In this document: positions 42,101 through 50,804 of the stretch, one piece after another
Position numbering within the stretch: position 1 is the stretch's first letter
How the letters are laid out: each line of letters starts with the position of its first letter
NCBI GenBank assembly: GCA_046290225.1
Contig: JBKAGE010000070.1
Coordinates: 128,001-192,000 of the forward strand
DNA from: Bradymonadia bacterium
GTDB lineage: Bacteria > Myxococcota_A > Bradymonadia > UBA7976 > UBA1532
Length of the DNA: 64,000 bases
Reading direction: 5' to 3'
Made by a program: the position numbers and the translations under genes
The notes under the pieces: model-generated
What the model was told of the DNA's origin: nothing
The model's input: the letters and a program-made list of their open reading frames with translations, nothing else
Database searches by the model: none

Positions 42101-42236
42101 GCACCAGGGCGGTGCGGATCGTAAAGCCCGGATCCATCGAGCGGGACATGTTCTGGTAGGTGGTGAAGCCTCCGAGGAGCACCACCAGCACAGCGACGAG
42201 GGTGACGCGGTTGTTGATGAGGGCAAACCGCGTCAT
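39132..42236 (-). CDS. RND efflux permease (AcrB/AcrD/AcrF family)
   Basis: 1034 aa; GLLVDNAIV, GIVINNAIVL and RIRPILLT. Confidence 0.95.
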   Translation of the reverse strand: MTRFALINNRVTLVAVLVVLLGGFTTYQNMSRSMDPGFTIRTALVQTFFPGGSPQRVEELVTDRLEEVVMEIPELDFVNSNSKTGLSVMFVNLKETTPPEKVREVWDRLRRKINDVKPSLPDGVAGPFINDEFGDVFGIVVGMTGDGFTPAELEDVAEKSRKRLLRLPDVAKVQIFGVQEERIFIEYSNARLAEVGLSPGILQAVLASRNIVIPGGYVRIGPERIALEPSGNFESVDELKQTLIQTPGGGLVYLGDIADVRRGYVDPASDINRVNGNQGLSLAISMREGGNIITLGEQVKGAMEIMESIYPWGIEMEVTAFLPQAVEKKVGEFVENLLQAIGLVIVVMLLTLGLRTGLVVASLIPTAIIAAILMMGAVGEGLNQMSLAALIIALGLLVDNAIVMAESIMVRMESGMKPFDAAIDSAKELRIPLLTSSLTTAAAFLPIYLAESNVGEYTAALFVVVSITLMASWVLALTLIPLLSMWFIKVKPREAGGGPLFGSLGYRLYRAVLMPALRFKFVTVLLVIGVFLGSMQGFKIIPFIFFPPSDQTYSVIELELPQGTPIERTSEVAVEIEKLIAKKVVKQNEDGTWPDGVKVWNTFIGQGGPRFVLSFNPSPPADNYAIIIVDNATRPHVDTLNEEIADFVFETFPEAKVTAKPLANGPPTKAPVEFRIYADGNPALLDVVGQVKAKLATVPGVRNVSDDWGRWAKKFKVDIDQARARRAGLSSQDIAVSLQTSLTGLDTSQYREGTELIPITLRSELAERNDVTKVEGLNMFVQQTGRSVPLEQVGTVSAAWEPSIIRRRDRERVYTVQAFLDPGVTAVQINAIMAPWLEAHLKTQGPDFRFEVGGDVEASSKGNDSIGAKMPIALLLIILLLVAQFNSIRRPAIILLTIPLGMIGVVAGLIIARSYFGFMTLLGVVSLAGIVINNAIVLIERIKLEIEENGLSPDQAIIVACQRRIRPILLTTATTVGGLIPLWLGGGPMFEPMAVAILFGLIFATALTLGVVPVLYAVFFRVKYKGFQYQPVVD

Positions 42237-43408
42237 GGCGTGGGCTCCTCACCCTCGGGGGCGGCCTTCGGTGCAGCCTTGGGCTGGGCTTCGCCGCCGA
42301 GGGTGGCCAGCAGCTCGGGCATGAGCTTCACCGTGAGACCCGGCTGAATGTGGCGCAGGCCCGCGGTGACCAGGAGCTCACCCCCCTTCAGCCCCTCGGT
42401 GATCTCCATGCCCTGCTCGGAGATGTCGCCCACGGTGACCATCACCCGAGCCACCTTGCCCTGGCCCTCTTTGACGTCGTTCACCACCAGCACGTGGCGG
42501 CCCTCGCGATCCTCACCGACGGCGACGAGGGGCACGATGATGCGCGGCGCGGCGTTGGCCTCGCCGAAGGTGAAGGTGATCTCAGCGGCCATACCGGGCC
42601 TCACCTGAGCATCTTCCTTCTCGAGGACCACGGTGACGGGGAACGTGCTCTGGCCTCGGGCGGCGGGGCTGATCTCCGTGACGGTGCCGGGGATGGTGAG
42701 GGCGTTGGCGGCGGGGAACTTCACCTGCACGGTGGCCTGCGGCTCGACCTCGCTGATGAGCGACTCGGGCACCGCCACCACCACCTCGGTGCGGCCGCCG
42801 GTGTTGAGGGTGATGACCGGCTGCCCCGAGCCGAGGTTCTCGTTCACCTCGGAGATCGTGGCGGCCACCACCCCATCGGCGGGGGCCGACAGCACGGTGT
42901 ACTTCACCTGCTTCTGCAGCAGCTTGATGCGCTGGCCCGTCGACGCAAGCTGCGCCCGAGCGGACTCGTAGCCTGAGCGTGCAGCGTCGAGATCAGCCTT
43001 GGCGGCGTTGCCGTTGGCGTAGAGCTTGCGCACCCGATCGTAGCTGGCCTTGGCGCTCCGAGACTGGGCCCGGGCAGCGCCAGCGCTCGCTCTGGCCTCG
43101 CTCAGCTGCAGCTTGTAGTCGCTGTCGTCGAGCTCGGCGAGGCGCTGGCCTTTCTTGACCTCGTCGCCGACCTTCACCGCCAGGCTCTTGAGGGTGCCGT
43201 TCACCTTGAAGCTGAGCTGGGTCTCGGCGCCTGCCTGAGCGGTACCCGAGAGCACCCGGGTCCGCTGGGCGTCGGCTTGCTCGACCACAATGGCCCGCAC
43301 CGGGCGGATCACGGTCTTCTTCTCGGGTGGCGGCTTCTGGCAGCCAGCGAGCAGGGCGCTCAGCATGATGCCGCTGAGCCAGATACTGGGGGTGGAGACA
43401 GTCTGCAT
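42233..43408 (-). CDS. RND efflux membrane fusion protein
   Basis: Lipobox LAGC; LSFKVNG, VKVGDEVKKGQ, LSAPADG and RPGM. Confidence 0.93.
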   Translation of the reverse strand: MQTVSTPSIWLSGIMLSALLAGCQKPPPEKKTVIRPVRAIVVEQADAQRTRVLSGTAQAGAETQLSFKVNGTLKSLAVKVGDEVKKGQRLAELDDSDYKLQLSEARASAGAARAQSRSAKASYDRVRKLYANGNAAKADLDAARSGYESARAQLASTGQRIKLLQKQVKYTVLSAPADGVVAATISEVNENLGSGQPVITLNTGGRTEVVVAVPESLISEVEPQATVQVKFPAANALTIPGTVTEISPAARGQSTFPVTVVLEKEDAQVRPGMAAEITFTFGEANAAPRIIVPLVAVGEDREGRHVLVVNDVKEGQGKVARVMVTVGDISEQGMEITEGLKGGELLVTAGLRHIQPGLTVKLMPELLATLGGEAQPKAAPKAAPEGEEPTP

Positions 43409-43416
43409 GGGAGACC

Positions 43417-45873
43417 TCACTGCTGAGCGGGGGTAGAGGAAGAAGGGGTCTTGGGAGCGCGGGCTTTGCGGAACCAGGCGTCGGCCCGATCGAGCCACGC
43501 CTTGCGGGACACGGCATCAGACTCGAGGTGAGAGAACGATCCGACGGCCCGCTCTGCGGTGAGATAGTCGAGCAGGAAGTCGAAGATGGCATTGGCTGCG
43601 CCCTGATCAGCCACCAACGCGGCGTTCTGGGCGTCGACCAGCTGAATCACGTTCGCCGCTCCGCGTCCATAGGCGTCGGTGACCAGATCGAAGTTCTGCC
43701 GAGCGGCCTTGGCAGCGTCACGGGCGAGCTGGATGCCTCGATAGGAAGCCGAGACAGTCTGCAGAGCCGCCCGCATACGTTGCTCAACCCGAAGTTTTGC
43801 CGAGGCCCGCTGCTGTTTGAGACGCATCAGCTCCGCCTCTGCCTTGCGCACCGCCGCAGAGCGACCGCCGCCCTCGTAGAGGGGCAGGCTCACGTTCACG
43901 CCCACGGACCAGAAGGTCTCGTCGAAGGTGGGGAAGCTCAGATCGATGGGCAAGTCGTCGGGCAGGGTGATGCCGGCCTCTGCCCCCTCACCGCCCTTGG
44001 CCAAGCGCTGCTGCAGCTCGGCCTGCAAAGCCACGGTGGGCATGTAGTAGCGGCGCTCCGCCAACAGCTCCGAGCGTGCCTGAGCCTCGATGAGGCTGTC
44101 GAGCTGCTTGAGCTCTGGCGAAGCCTTCACCGCCTCTTCCACCATGAAGTCCCGGAAGATGCTGAAGCTCAACGGATCGTTGAGGAACTGGAACACTCGC
44201 TGGTCGGAGATGATCAATCGGGGATCTTCCAGAGTGGTCTCTTCCACCTCGAAGCCGTCTTCGAGATCGTGATTCATCACCCGGTTCACCTCGATCTCCG
44301 CCAGATGGCGGCCCGCGCGGGCGTCGAGGGCCGACTGCTTCACCTGGGCGATCTCGCTCTGCCAGCGATACACCTCGCCGGGGTTGCCAGAGCCCACCTC
44401 TTTGCGGATCTCCGCGAGCTCGAGGTTCTTCCGGGTGCGGCGCAGGTTCTCTTTCTGGATCCGCTCGAAGGTCCGGGCCCGCAGCAGGTTCAAGAAGGCC
44501 TGACCGGCCTCCAGAGCCACGTCGAGCTTCTGTTGATCTCGGGACTGCCGCCGCTGCTTCTGCAGTTTTTGCTGAATCTCGTACTGCCCCCACACCGGAT
44601 CGGCGTAGAGCACCTGACTCAAGCTGATGGTGCCGTCGATGTATCGCTCGGGGCTGTTGCCCTGGGCTGCTCGGGCACGATCGCGATCGATCATCAGCCC
44701 CAGGGCCGAGACCTCCACCGTGGGCAGCAGGCTGGCCTTGGCGCTCTCGACGTCCTCTTCACCGGCAGCAACCTGCTGATCGGCCACCTTGAGGTCGAGG
44801 TTGCGCTGCATGGCCTGACGCATCACCGCGCTGAGATCGAGGGTGCGCAGCTTCGGGCGCCGGGCGTTGAGCAGCTCGGCTTCGGAGAGCACATCCCAGG
44901 AGGGCAGGCGGCCGATGGCCCGAGCCGTGGCCATGTTCACCACGAGACGCTCCCCTTCCACGAAGCGCACGGGGATCTCCGACGCCGGCGTGCCCATGAG
45001 CATCTGCTGAGTCTCCAGGGCGATGCGCCGGGCTCGACGCTGAAGATCAGCCTGTGGTGCAGCCCCTGCGAGGGCGCCGCGCTCTACCTCAGGGCGGCCG
45101 AAACGTGACCATGTGGGCAGCTTGCGATCCTTGAGGGCGTCGTAGAGCTTCTTGCGATCGGCAGGCTTCATCTGAAACAGCGGCGCCAGATAGACCGCCT
45201 CGATGTCTGCCGGCAGGGCTGCGATGACCGCCTCAGGATCAGTCCCCGAGGGCACGATGCCAGCCAGCTCTATGCCTGCATCCTGAGTCTGCGCCTGCCC
45301 CCAGGCCAGCGCCTGGGGCATTGTGGACACCACGAACTCGGGCACCACGATCGCCATGCGCTTGAAGGGCACCACGCTCTGGAACAGCTGCAGCTCGCGG
45401 GTCATGCTCCAGCTGCCCACGAGATAGGCCAGGTTCTTCACCCCACTCCGGCCGTCTTTTTGAGGCAACGGCAGCCCCACGTCCACGAGGCCACCGGCAT
45501 ACACCACCTTGGGGAGATCTTTGCGCTGCGTCGCGGTGTACGACGCCTGAAAACCCAAGGTGATCACCAGAGTGACCTCTGGATCAGCGAGCAGGCTGTC
45601 GAGGGCTTTACCGATGCCTTCCGGGGTCCAGTCTGCGGTGAGGGTCTTGTCTTTGGGAAAGCTCACCTCGAACTCTGCCCCGGCGAGGGTGAGCACCTCG
45701 CGCTCCACCGCTGCTCTGAGCTGGGCGTTCGTGGGCGCCGGGCCATCGAAGACCAAGCCGATCCGGTGAGCGCCTCGGGCGCTCGCCGCCGATGTCATGA
45801 ACATCACGGCGATCAAGGCCATCAAGGCACTCAGAGGGCGCGTCAGCGTGCTTCTCGGCGTAAGGGTCTGCAT
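43417..45873 (-). CDS. TolC-family outer-membrane channel with N-terminal ABC substrate-binding-like domain
   Basis: C-terminal ~470 aa TolC (NLDLKVA, SLLPTV, WSVGVNVSLPLYEGG, YGRG) preceded by ~330 aa after the signal peptide (IGLVFDG, EVERGALAG, LVVNMATARAIG). Confidence 0.88.
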   Translation of the reverse strand: MQTLTPRSTLTRPLSALMALIAVMFMTSAASARGAHRIGLVFDGPAPTNAQLRAAVEREVLTLAGAEFEVSFPKDKTLTADWTPEGIGKALDSLLADPEVTLVITLGFQASYTATQRKDLPKVVYAGGLVDVGLPLPQKDGRSGVKNLAYLVGSWSMTRELQLFQSVVPFKRMAIVVPEFVVSTMPQALAWGQAQTQDAGIELAGIVPSGTDPEAVIAALPADIEAVYLAPLFQMKPADRKKLYDALKDRKLPTWSRFGRPEVERGALAGAAPQADLQRRARRIALETQQMLMGTPASEIPVRFVEGERLVVNMATARAIGRLPSWDVLSEAELLNARRPKLRTLDLSAVMRQAMQRNLDLKVADQQVAAGEEDVESAKASLLPTVEVSALGLMIDRDRARAAQGNSPERYIDGTISLSQVLYADPVWGQYEIQQKLQKQRRQSRDQQKLDVALEAGQAFLNLLRARTFERIQKENLRRTRKNLELAEIRKEVGSGNPGEVYRWQSEIAQVKQSALDARAGRHLAEIEVNRVMNHDLEDGFEVEETTLEDPRLIISDQRVFQFLNDPLSFSIFRDFMVEEAVKASPELKQLDSLIEAQARSELLAERRYYMPTVALQAELQQRLAKGGEGAEAGITLPDDLPIDLSFPTFDETFWSVGVNVSLPLYEGGGRSAAVRKAEAELMRLKQQRASAKLRVEQRMRAALQTVSASYRGIQLARDAAKAARQNFDLVTDAYGRGAANVIQLVDAQNAALVADQGAANAIFDFLLDYLTAERAVGSFSHLESDAVSRKAWLDRADAWFRKARAPKTPSSSTPAQQ

Positions 45874-45941
45874 CAGGGGAGCCTCGCAATCGTGCTGTGT
45901 CCTCGGTGGCATCACAGTCGGACACGTTCGCCATTGCGTAA

Positions 45942-45957
45942 ACCAATTCCCGTGCCA
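45942..45957 (-). promoter_or_regulatory. Probable sigma54 promoter of the efflux operon
   Basis: Minus strand TGGCACGGGAATTGGT: perfect -24 element, with TTGG in place of TTGC at -12. Confidence 0.6.
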
Positions 45958-46023
45958 TCAGGGGCACCTCGGGCAGGCCGTTGGATTTATTCAAAGTTTT
46001 TTAACAAAGTATTGGCGAGCAAG

Positions 46024-46061
46024 TTGTCCATCAGGGTGGACAAGTGTCCGACCGGACACTT
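46024..46061. promoter_or_regulatory. Tandem TGTCC...GGACA palindromes (putative enhancer sites)
   Basis: TTGTCCA-N6-TGGACAA (46024-46043) and AAGTGTCCG-AC-CGGACACTT (46042-46061); an AT-rich IHF-like tract at about 45985-46013 lies between them and the promoter. Confidence 0.6.
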
Positions 46062-46227
46062 CAGACGGCTTGTCCAGGCGCCCCAAGATTCGCTCGAGGT
46101 GCCCGACGTCGATCACACATCACGAGATCTTCACGGCACCCGATCTGTGTGCCATACCTCTCCCTCGAGGGGCCTGCCACAGTCCTCTCGTGCAGATCGA
46201 ACGCCCCACCGAAAACAGGAGCGTCAG

Positions 46228-47229
46228 ATGGACACCCCCTCGCCTCCCCCGCCTCGAGCTCTATGGACGCTCACGCGGCTGGTGTTCTTCGGTGCGGGTC
46301 TCGCCGCAGTGCTGGCCATGCTCCCGGATACGCCGTGGTGGATGGGACTCTTCGATCACTTCCGGCTGCACATCGGCTTCGGGTTCATCCTCGCAGGGTT
46401 CTTTGCGTTGCTGTGCCGCAAATGGCCCGCAGCGGTCATCGGCGCCATGCTCGCCGCCGCCCATCTGCTTGCTCTGGGCCATCAAGGCGGCGGCCCGGAG
46501 GCCCAGGGCCATGGGCCCACCCTGAAGATCATGAGCTTCAACGTGCTCGGCTCCAACACCGCCCTCGACGATCTCGAAGCCTTCGTCGAAGCAGAGTCAC
46601 CCGACATCATCGTACTTCTGGAAGTGCGCCCTCACCTCGCCACGCGGCTGCGACGGTGGCCAGGCTACAGCGTGCAGGCTCTGAGGCCTCGAGAAGACAA
46701 CTTTGGCGTGGCGTTGCTGAGCAAGTGGCCCATGGTCCCTTCTGAGACTCGACCCCTCGGGGGCATCTACGACAGCGTCATCGGCGCCACAGATCTCGGC
46801 GGTCGGCCCCTGGTCGTCATCGGCGCTCACCCACCGCCGCCGGTGAGCGGCCCTGTGACCGAGACCCGAGATCGCACCATCGACGCCATCGCCGGTTTCA
46901 TCGAGGGAGACATCAAGGGGTTCCTCGGCGCCATGGCCCCTCAAGGCATCACCCCACACGTGGTGGTGGTCGGTGATCTCAACGCCACTCCATGGTCTCA
47001 ACCTGTTCAGAAATTGATGACTTCAGCGGGGCTGTGGGACAGCCGTCGGGGCTTTGGCTACCACGCCACGTGGCCCGCGAAGCTGGGCCCTCTCGGGATC
47101 CCCATCGATCATGCGCTGGTCTCTGGTGATCTCGCAGTGCTTGAGCGTCGGGTGGGGCCTGCTCTGGGCTCAGATCATCGCCCTGTGCTGCTCACCGTCA
47201 CCCCAGCAGTCGAGCAGCCTTCACTCTGA
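46228..47229 (+). CDS. Endonuclease/exonuclease/phosphatase family membrane protein
   Basis: N-terminal TM helices; MSFNV, PDIIVLLE, GDLNATPWS, PIDHAL and GSDHRP; AGGAG SD. Confidence 0.9.
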   Translation: MDTPSPPPPRALWTLTRLVFFGAGLAAVLAMLPDTPWWMGLFDHFRLHIGFGFILAGFFALLCRKWPAAVIGAMLAAAHLLALGHQGGGPEAQGHGPTLKIMSFNVLGSNTALDDLEAFVEAESPDIIVLLEVRPHLATRLRRWPGYSVQALRPREDNFGVALLSKWPMVPSETRPLGGIYDSVIGATDLGGRPLVVIGAHPPPPVSGPVTETRDRTIDAIAGFIEGDIKGFLGAMAPQGITPHVVVVGDLNATPWSQPVQKLMTSAGLWDSRRGFGYHATWPAKLGPLGIPIDHALVSGDLAVLERRVGPALGSDHRPVLLTVTPAVEQPSL

Positions 47230-47862
47230 CTCTTCTTCCACCACGAGGCTGGCGGTGATCTCTTCTGTCTGCACACACACCACCGCAGCCCCCGAAGGCG
47301 GGTTGTTCACCGCCCCCAGACAATTGGCCACGCCGTCTACAGTGAGATCGGTGTCTTCGATCACCGCCACCGACTCTCGCTCGGTGCGACTCAACCGCGC
47401 GCTGTCGGCCTCTTCACCCTCGACCTGCAGCACGATGTCCACCTCACGGTAGCGGCAGACGATGACATTGCTGCCTGCGGTGGCCTCCAGGGCCGATGTT
47501 TGGGTGAGTTGTCGCCAGTTGGTGCCGCTGACCGTGTTCAACACCACCACCTCACTCTGGCTCAGGATCTCCGGATCGGCCGGATCGATGCTGGCGCAGG
47601 CTTCGGCCCCATCGCAGGGGAAGACGACCTGGACCGTACCCCCGCCCGCCTGCTGCGGCCCCATCACAAAGGTCGAGGCTGGCACCAGGCAATCGATGCA
47701 GCTGCTGGGATCAGGGATCGTGGTGGGGGTGCCATCACAGGCCCCCTCGGGGGTGATGGTGTATTGCTGCACCTGCCAGGTTCCAGCCACTGCAGGGATC
47801 TCTTCAGGTGGCTGGCAGCCGAGAACGCCCAACGCCAGCGCGCCGATGATGCACGCCCTCAT
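47221..47862 (-). CDS. Lipoprotein of unknown function
   Basis: Lipobox VLGC; ATG overlaps the stop of the barrel gene; several Cys including CIDC. Confidence 0.75.
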   Translation of the reverse strand: MRACIIGALALGVLGCQPPEEIPAVAGTWQVQQYTITPEGACDGTPTTIPDPSSCIDCLVPASTFVMGPQQAGGGTVQVVFPCDGAEACASIDPADPEILSQSEVVVLNTVSGTNWRQLTQTSALEATAGSNVIVCRYREVDIVLQVEGEEADSARLSRTERESVAVIEDTDLTVDGVANCLGAVNNPPSGAAVVCVQTEEITASLVVEEESE

Positions 47863-49403
47863 GTGCCCAGGTTGTGTCGCGCGATGACCTGAAACCTGAG
47901 ACCGGAGAACTCCGGAAAATCGCGACAGACGCCGGCGACGCATTTGATGCCTCCACGCTGGTTGCCGATGATGGTCCGCAGCTGGACCTCGGGGATCGGA
48001 TTGTAGACCAGAATCCCCGCGAGGAACGAGTTACGCACCCCTTCGGAGTTGTTCTGAGTGTCGTGGCCCACCTCCACGGTGGCTGATCCCACCCCGGTCC
48101 ACTCCACGGCGAGCAGCGAGCTGCCTCGGGCGTACTTCCGGCCCTCGAGCTCCCAGAACTGATGGTAGAGCTGCATGTGAAACGCCAGGGATCGGGTGAT
48201 GGGCTCGAGGTAGTCGAGATCGAGGTGGCGCAGGCTCTTGATGCTCCGGCCATTCTGCACCTCGTCGCGAAAGCCCCCGGCGAGGTTCATCCGGGCCCGG
48301 CCCTGACGGTATCGCCACTCGAAGCCCCCATAACCGTGGTACTGCTTCACCTTCCCGGGCTCGTCGGGGTTCACGATGCGGTGCATGCCGTTGACGTAGG
48401 GCACGAAGTCACCATCGAGCAGGAAGAGATCAGCCCGGATGCGCCCCCCGAGGATGTCGCGGTTGTTGAGCACCTCCTGGTCGAAGCGCTCCACAGTGGG
48501 GGGCTGGTTGTAGTTGAACCGGTTCTGAGTGGCTGTGTTCTCGCCACCCCGCAGCTCGTATTTGTCGAGATACAAGCCCTCGAACAAGATGCCGTAGTGC
48601 TCTTGCAGCACGTTGAGGGCCACGAAGCCCGCAGTGCCGTCTTCCTCGTCACCCACCAGCCTGCGCTGTTGATAGTCCACCTCACCGTAGAAGGTGAGCC
48701 AGTCCGTCAGCTCAGGCACATCGAGAGAGCCACCGACGGTCTGAGTCTGATCATCATCCAGGCCCGGACGATCGAGGATGGGATCTCGGGGCTGGAGATA
48801 CACATAATACATCGTGAGATCGATGGACCGGTCGAAGTCGAACAGCTCACCGACCCGCAGCGTGTATTCGCCACCCGCGATGAGATCTTCCGAGTCTTCC
48901 ACGAACTTGAGCGACACCCAGTCGAGGTTGGCCGGATTGGTGTAGCCCCCGAAGACGGTGGCCTTCATCACGTCACCGTCATACTCCGCCAGGCCCCCTC
49001 TCAAAGAGACGTCTACCCCGAGCTCGTCCACCTTGCGCAGCGAGAGCGCGATGCCGCGGCCGAGCTGTCGATAGAAGTCACCCGCCACCAGCGTATAGGT
49101 GCCCGGCGCATATTTGAGACCCACCCGCTCCAAGCGAATGTCATCTTTGAACTCGTCGGTGGGCGCCCCGATGAAATACATGGAGTCGAGACGGTTCACC
49201 GAGGAGAAGTCGCCCCACTTCCCGTTGAAGTTCAACCGGTTGACGATCATGTCATAGTTGTCGTCGTTGGGATCGCCGTTCCTGTTGTCGGTGCGGCGGT
49301 CGACGGTGAGCGTGTCGGTGAGCTGCACCGCCGGCCCCTGGGCCAGCGCCTCGGTGGCGATGAGGCCCAGGGAAAGGGTCAACACGTGTGTCAGGATCTT
49401 CAA
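47859..49403 (-). CDS. Outer-membrane beta-barrel protein (DUF6029-like)
   Basis: Signal peptide, GDFYRQLGRGIAL, amphipathic strands and C-terminal RGGIKCVAGVCR motif. Confidence 0.75.
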   Translation of the reverse strand: MKILTHVLTLSLGLIATEALAQGPAVQLTDTLTVDRRTDNRNGDPNDDNYDMIVNRLNFNGKWGDFSSVNRLDSMYFIGAPTDEFKDDIRLERVGLKYAPGTYTLVAGDFYRQLGRGIALSLRKVDELGVDVSLRGGLAEYDGDVMKATVFGGYTNPANLDWVSLKFVEDSEDLIAGGEYTLRVGELFDFDRSIDLTMYYVYLQPRDPILDRPGLDDDQTQTVGGSLDVPELTDWLTFYGEVDYQQRRLVGDEEDGTAGFVALNVLQEHYGILFEGLYLDKYELRGGENTATQNRFNYNQPPTVERFDQEVLNNRDILGGRIRADLFLLDGDFVPYVNGMHRIVNPDEPGKVKQYHGYGGFEWRYRQGRARMNLAGGFRDEVQNGRSIKSLRHLDLDYLEPITRSLAFHMQLYHQFWELEGRKYARGSSLLAVEWTGVGSATVEVGHDTQNNSEGVRNSFLAGILVYNPIPEVQLRTIIGNQRGGIKCVAGVCRDFPEFSGLRFQVIARHNLGT

Positions 49404-49479
49404 GACGTGTCCTCGAGGGATGAGACTTCGGCGGGTCGAGTCGATCGAGCGGTCAGGGGGGATCTAGCAGAGATCTGCC

Positions 49480-50037
49480 TCAGGGCGTAGGGGCAGCAGG
49501 CGCCGGGGTCGGCGCAGCATCTGCGCCTTCAGCGATCAGGGTGTCGATGTGCTTTTTGATCTCCACCTCGTCACCGCTGGCGTAGCCCTCGTGCTGGAAG
49601 GCGATGCGGCCCTCTCGATCGACCCCAACAGTGAAGGGGGGCGTACCGCGGGGGTTCAGCGCTGCGAGGGTAGAGCCGTCCTGATCGAGCAGCACGTTCA
49701 TCTTCCAGCGCTTGCGCTTGGCGAGCACCCGCACCTCGGAGAGGGTCTGGGGGCTGTCGATGCTGATGGCCAGCACCTCGAGGCCTTTGTCCTTGAGGTC
49801 TTTCTGGTACTGATCGAGGAAGGGCAGCTCTTGCTTGCAGGGCCCGCACCACGTGGCCCAGAAGTTGATGATCACCACCTTCCCCTTGAGCTCGGAGAGC
49901 TTCACCTTCTTGCCCTTGATGTTCTTCAGGGCGAAGTCGGCGATGGCCGAGCGCTTCTCAGGGGGAGTCAGATCACTGGCCGAGGCCAGGCTGGTGGTGG
50001 CGAAGAGAGCCAGCAGAGCAAAAATCAGGTGGCGCAT
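49480..50037 (-). CDS. TlpA-family thiol:disulfide oxidoreductase
   Basis: Signal peptide; GKVVIINFWATWCGPCKQELP. Confidence 0.93.
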   Translation of the reverse strand: MRHLIFALLALFATTSLASASDLTPPEKRSAIADFALKNIKGKKVKLSELKGKVVIINFWATWCGPCKQELPFLDQYQKDLKDKGLEVLAISIDSPQTLSEVRVLAKRKRWKMNVLLDQDGSTLAALNPRGTPPFTVGVDREGRIAFQHEGYASGDEVEIKKHIDTLIAEGADAAPTPAPAAPTP

Positions 50038-50095
50038 TGAAGCTCCTCGATGGTGGGCCGCACAGCCCAGAACTGGTGTTTCGAACGCGAGGGCC

Positions 50096-50728
50096 TCAGA
50101 GCAGGGCGCCGATGATGGCCCGCACTGCGCTCTCGTCGAAGCCGGTGTCGATCTTCACCATCTCCATGGTGTCGAGATCGACGATCATGGTCATGGGGGT
50201 CAGGCTGCGATCGTAGTAATCCTGGAGCACGAAGGGCTCATCGGAGACGACGTACACGTCGTCGCCGAGGCTGTACTGCCTGCGCCACTGGTTCGCGAGA
50301 TCAGCGTTGGACGGGTTGAACTCGGCGTCCTCGAAGAGGGCGACGAAGACCACGAGGCCGTCGTCGTGCAGCTCGTCGGAGAGGGCCTGCAGTTTGGGCT
50401 GCTCCTCGATGCACGCAGTGCACCAGCCCGCTGAAGTGGAGATCAACAGCACCTTGTTGCTGGCGTCCATGCGGATGTCGCCGAGATCGATGGCGTTGCC
50501 GAGATCGTCGACGAAGCCCAGGTTCGTCAGGATGGCACCTTCAGAAGTGCCGTACCCGCTCGCGGGGTAGGTGGCCCGATCGACGCCGCCAGCGGCACCG
50601 CCGGCAGCACCTGCGCCGCCACCACCGGCGCCAGCCTCACCGCCAGCGTCGTCTTCTACGTCATCGCACCCCAAAGCAGCGGCGGCGATGATCATCGAGC
50701 TCAAGAGCATGGTTTTCAGAGTACGCAT
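50096..50728 (-). CDS. Thioredoxin-fold (redoxin) lipoprotein
   Basis: Lipobox ALGC; Gly linker; SAGWCTACIEE; TP cis-Pro loop. Confidence 0.85.
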   Translation of the reverse strand: MRTLKTMLLSSMIIAAAALGCDDVEDDAGGEAGAGGGGAGAAGGAAGGVDRATYPASGYGTSEGAILTNLGFVDDLGNAIDLGDIRMDASNKVLLISTSAGWCTACIEEQPKLQALSDELHDDGLVVFVALFEDAEFNPSNADLANQWRRQYSLGDDVYVVSDEPFVLQDYYDRSLTPMTMIVDLDTMEMVKIDTGFDESAVRAIIGALL

Positions 50729-50804
50729 CAGTTTCTCTCCAGGGCGCAGAGATGTACGAGTGAAAGCAGGGCCTCATTCAGCCGGCAATGTTCGAGGCGT
50801 CTTC

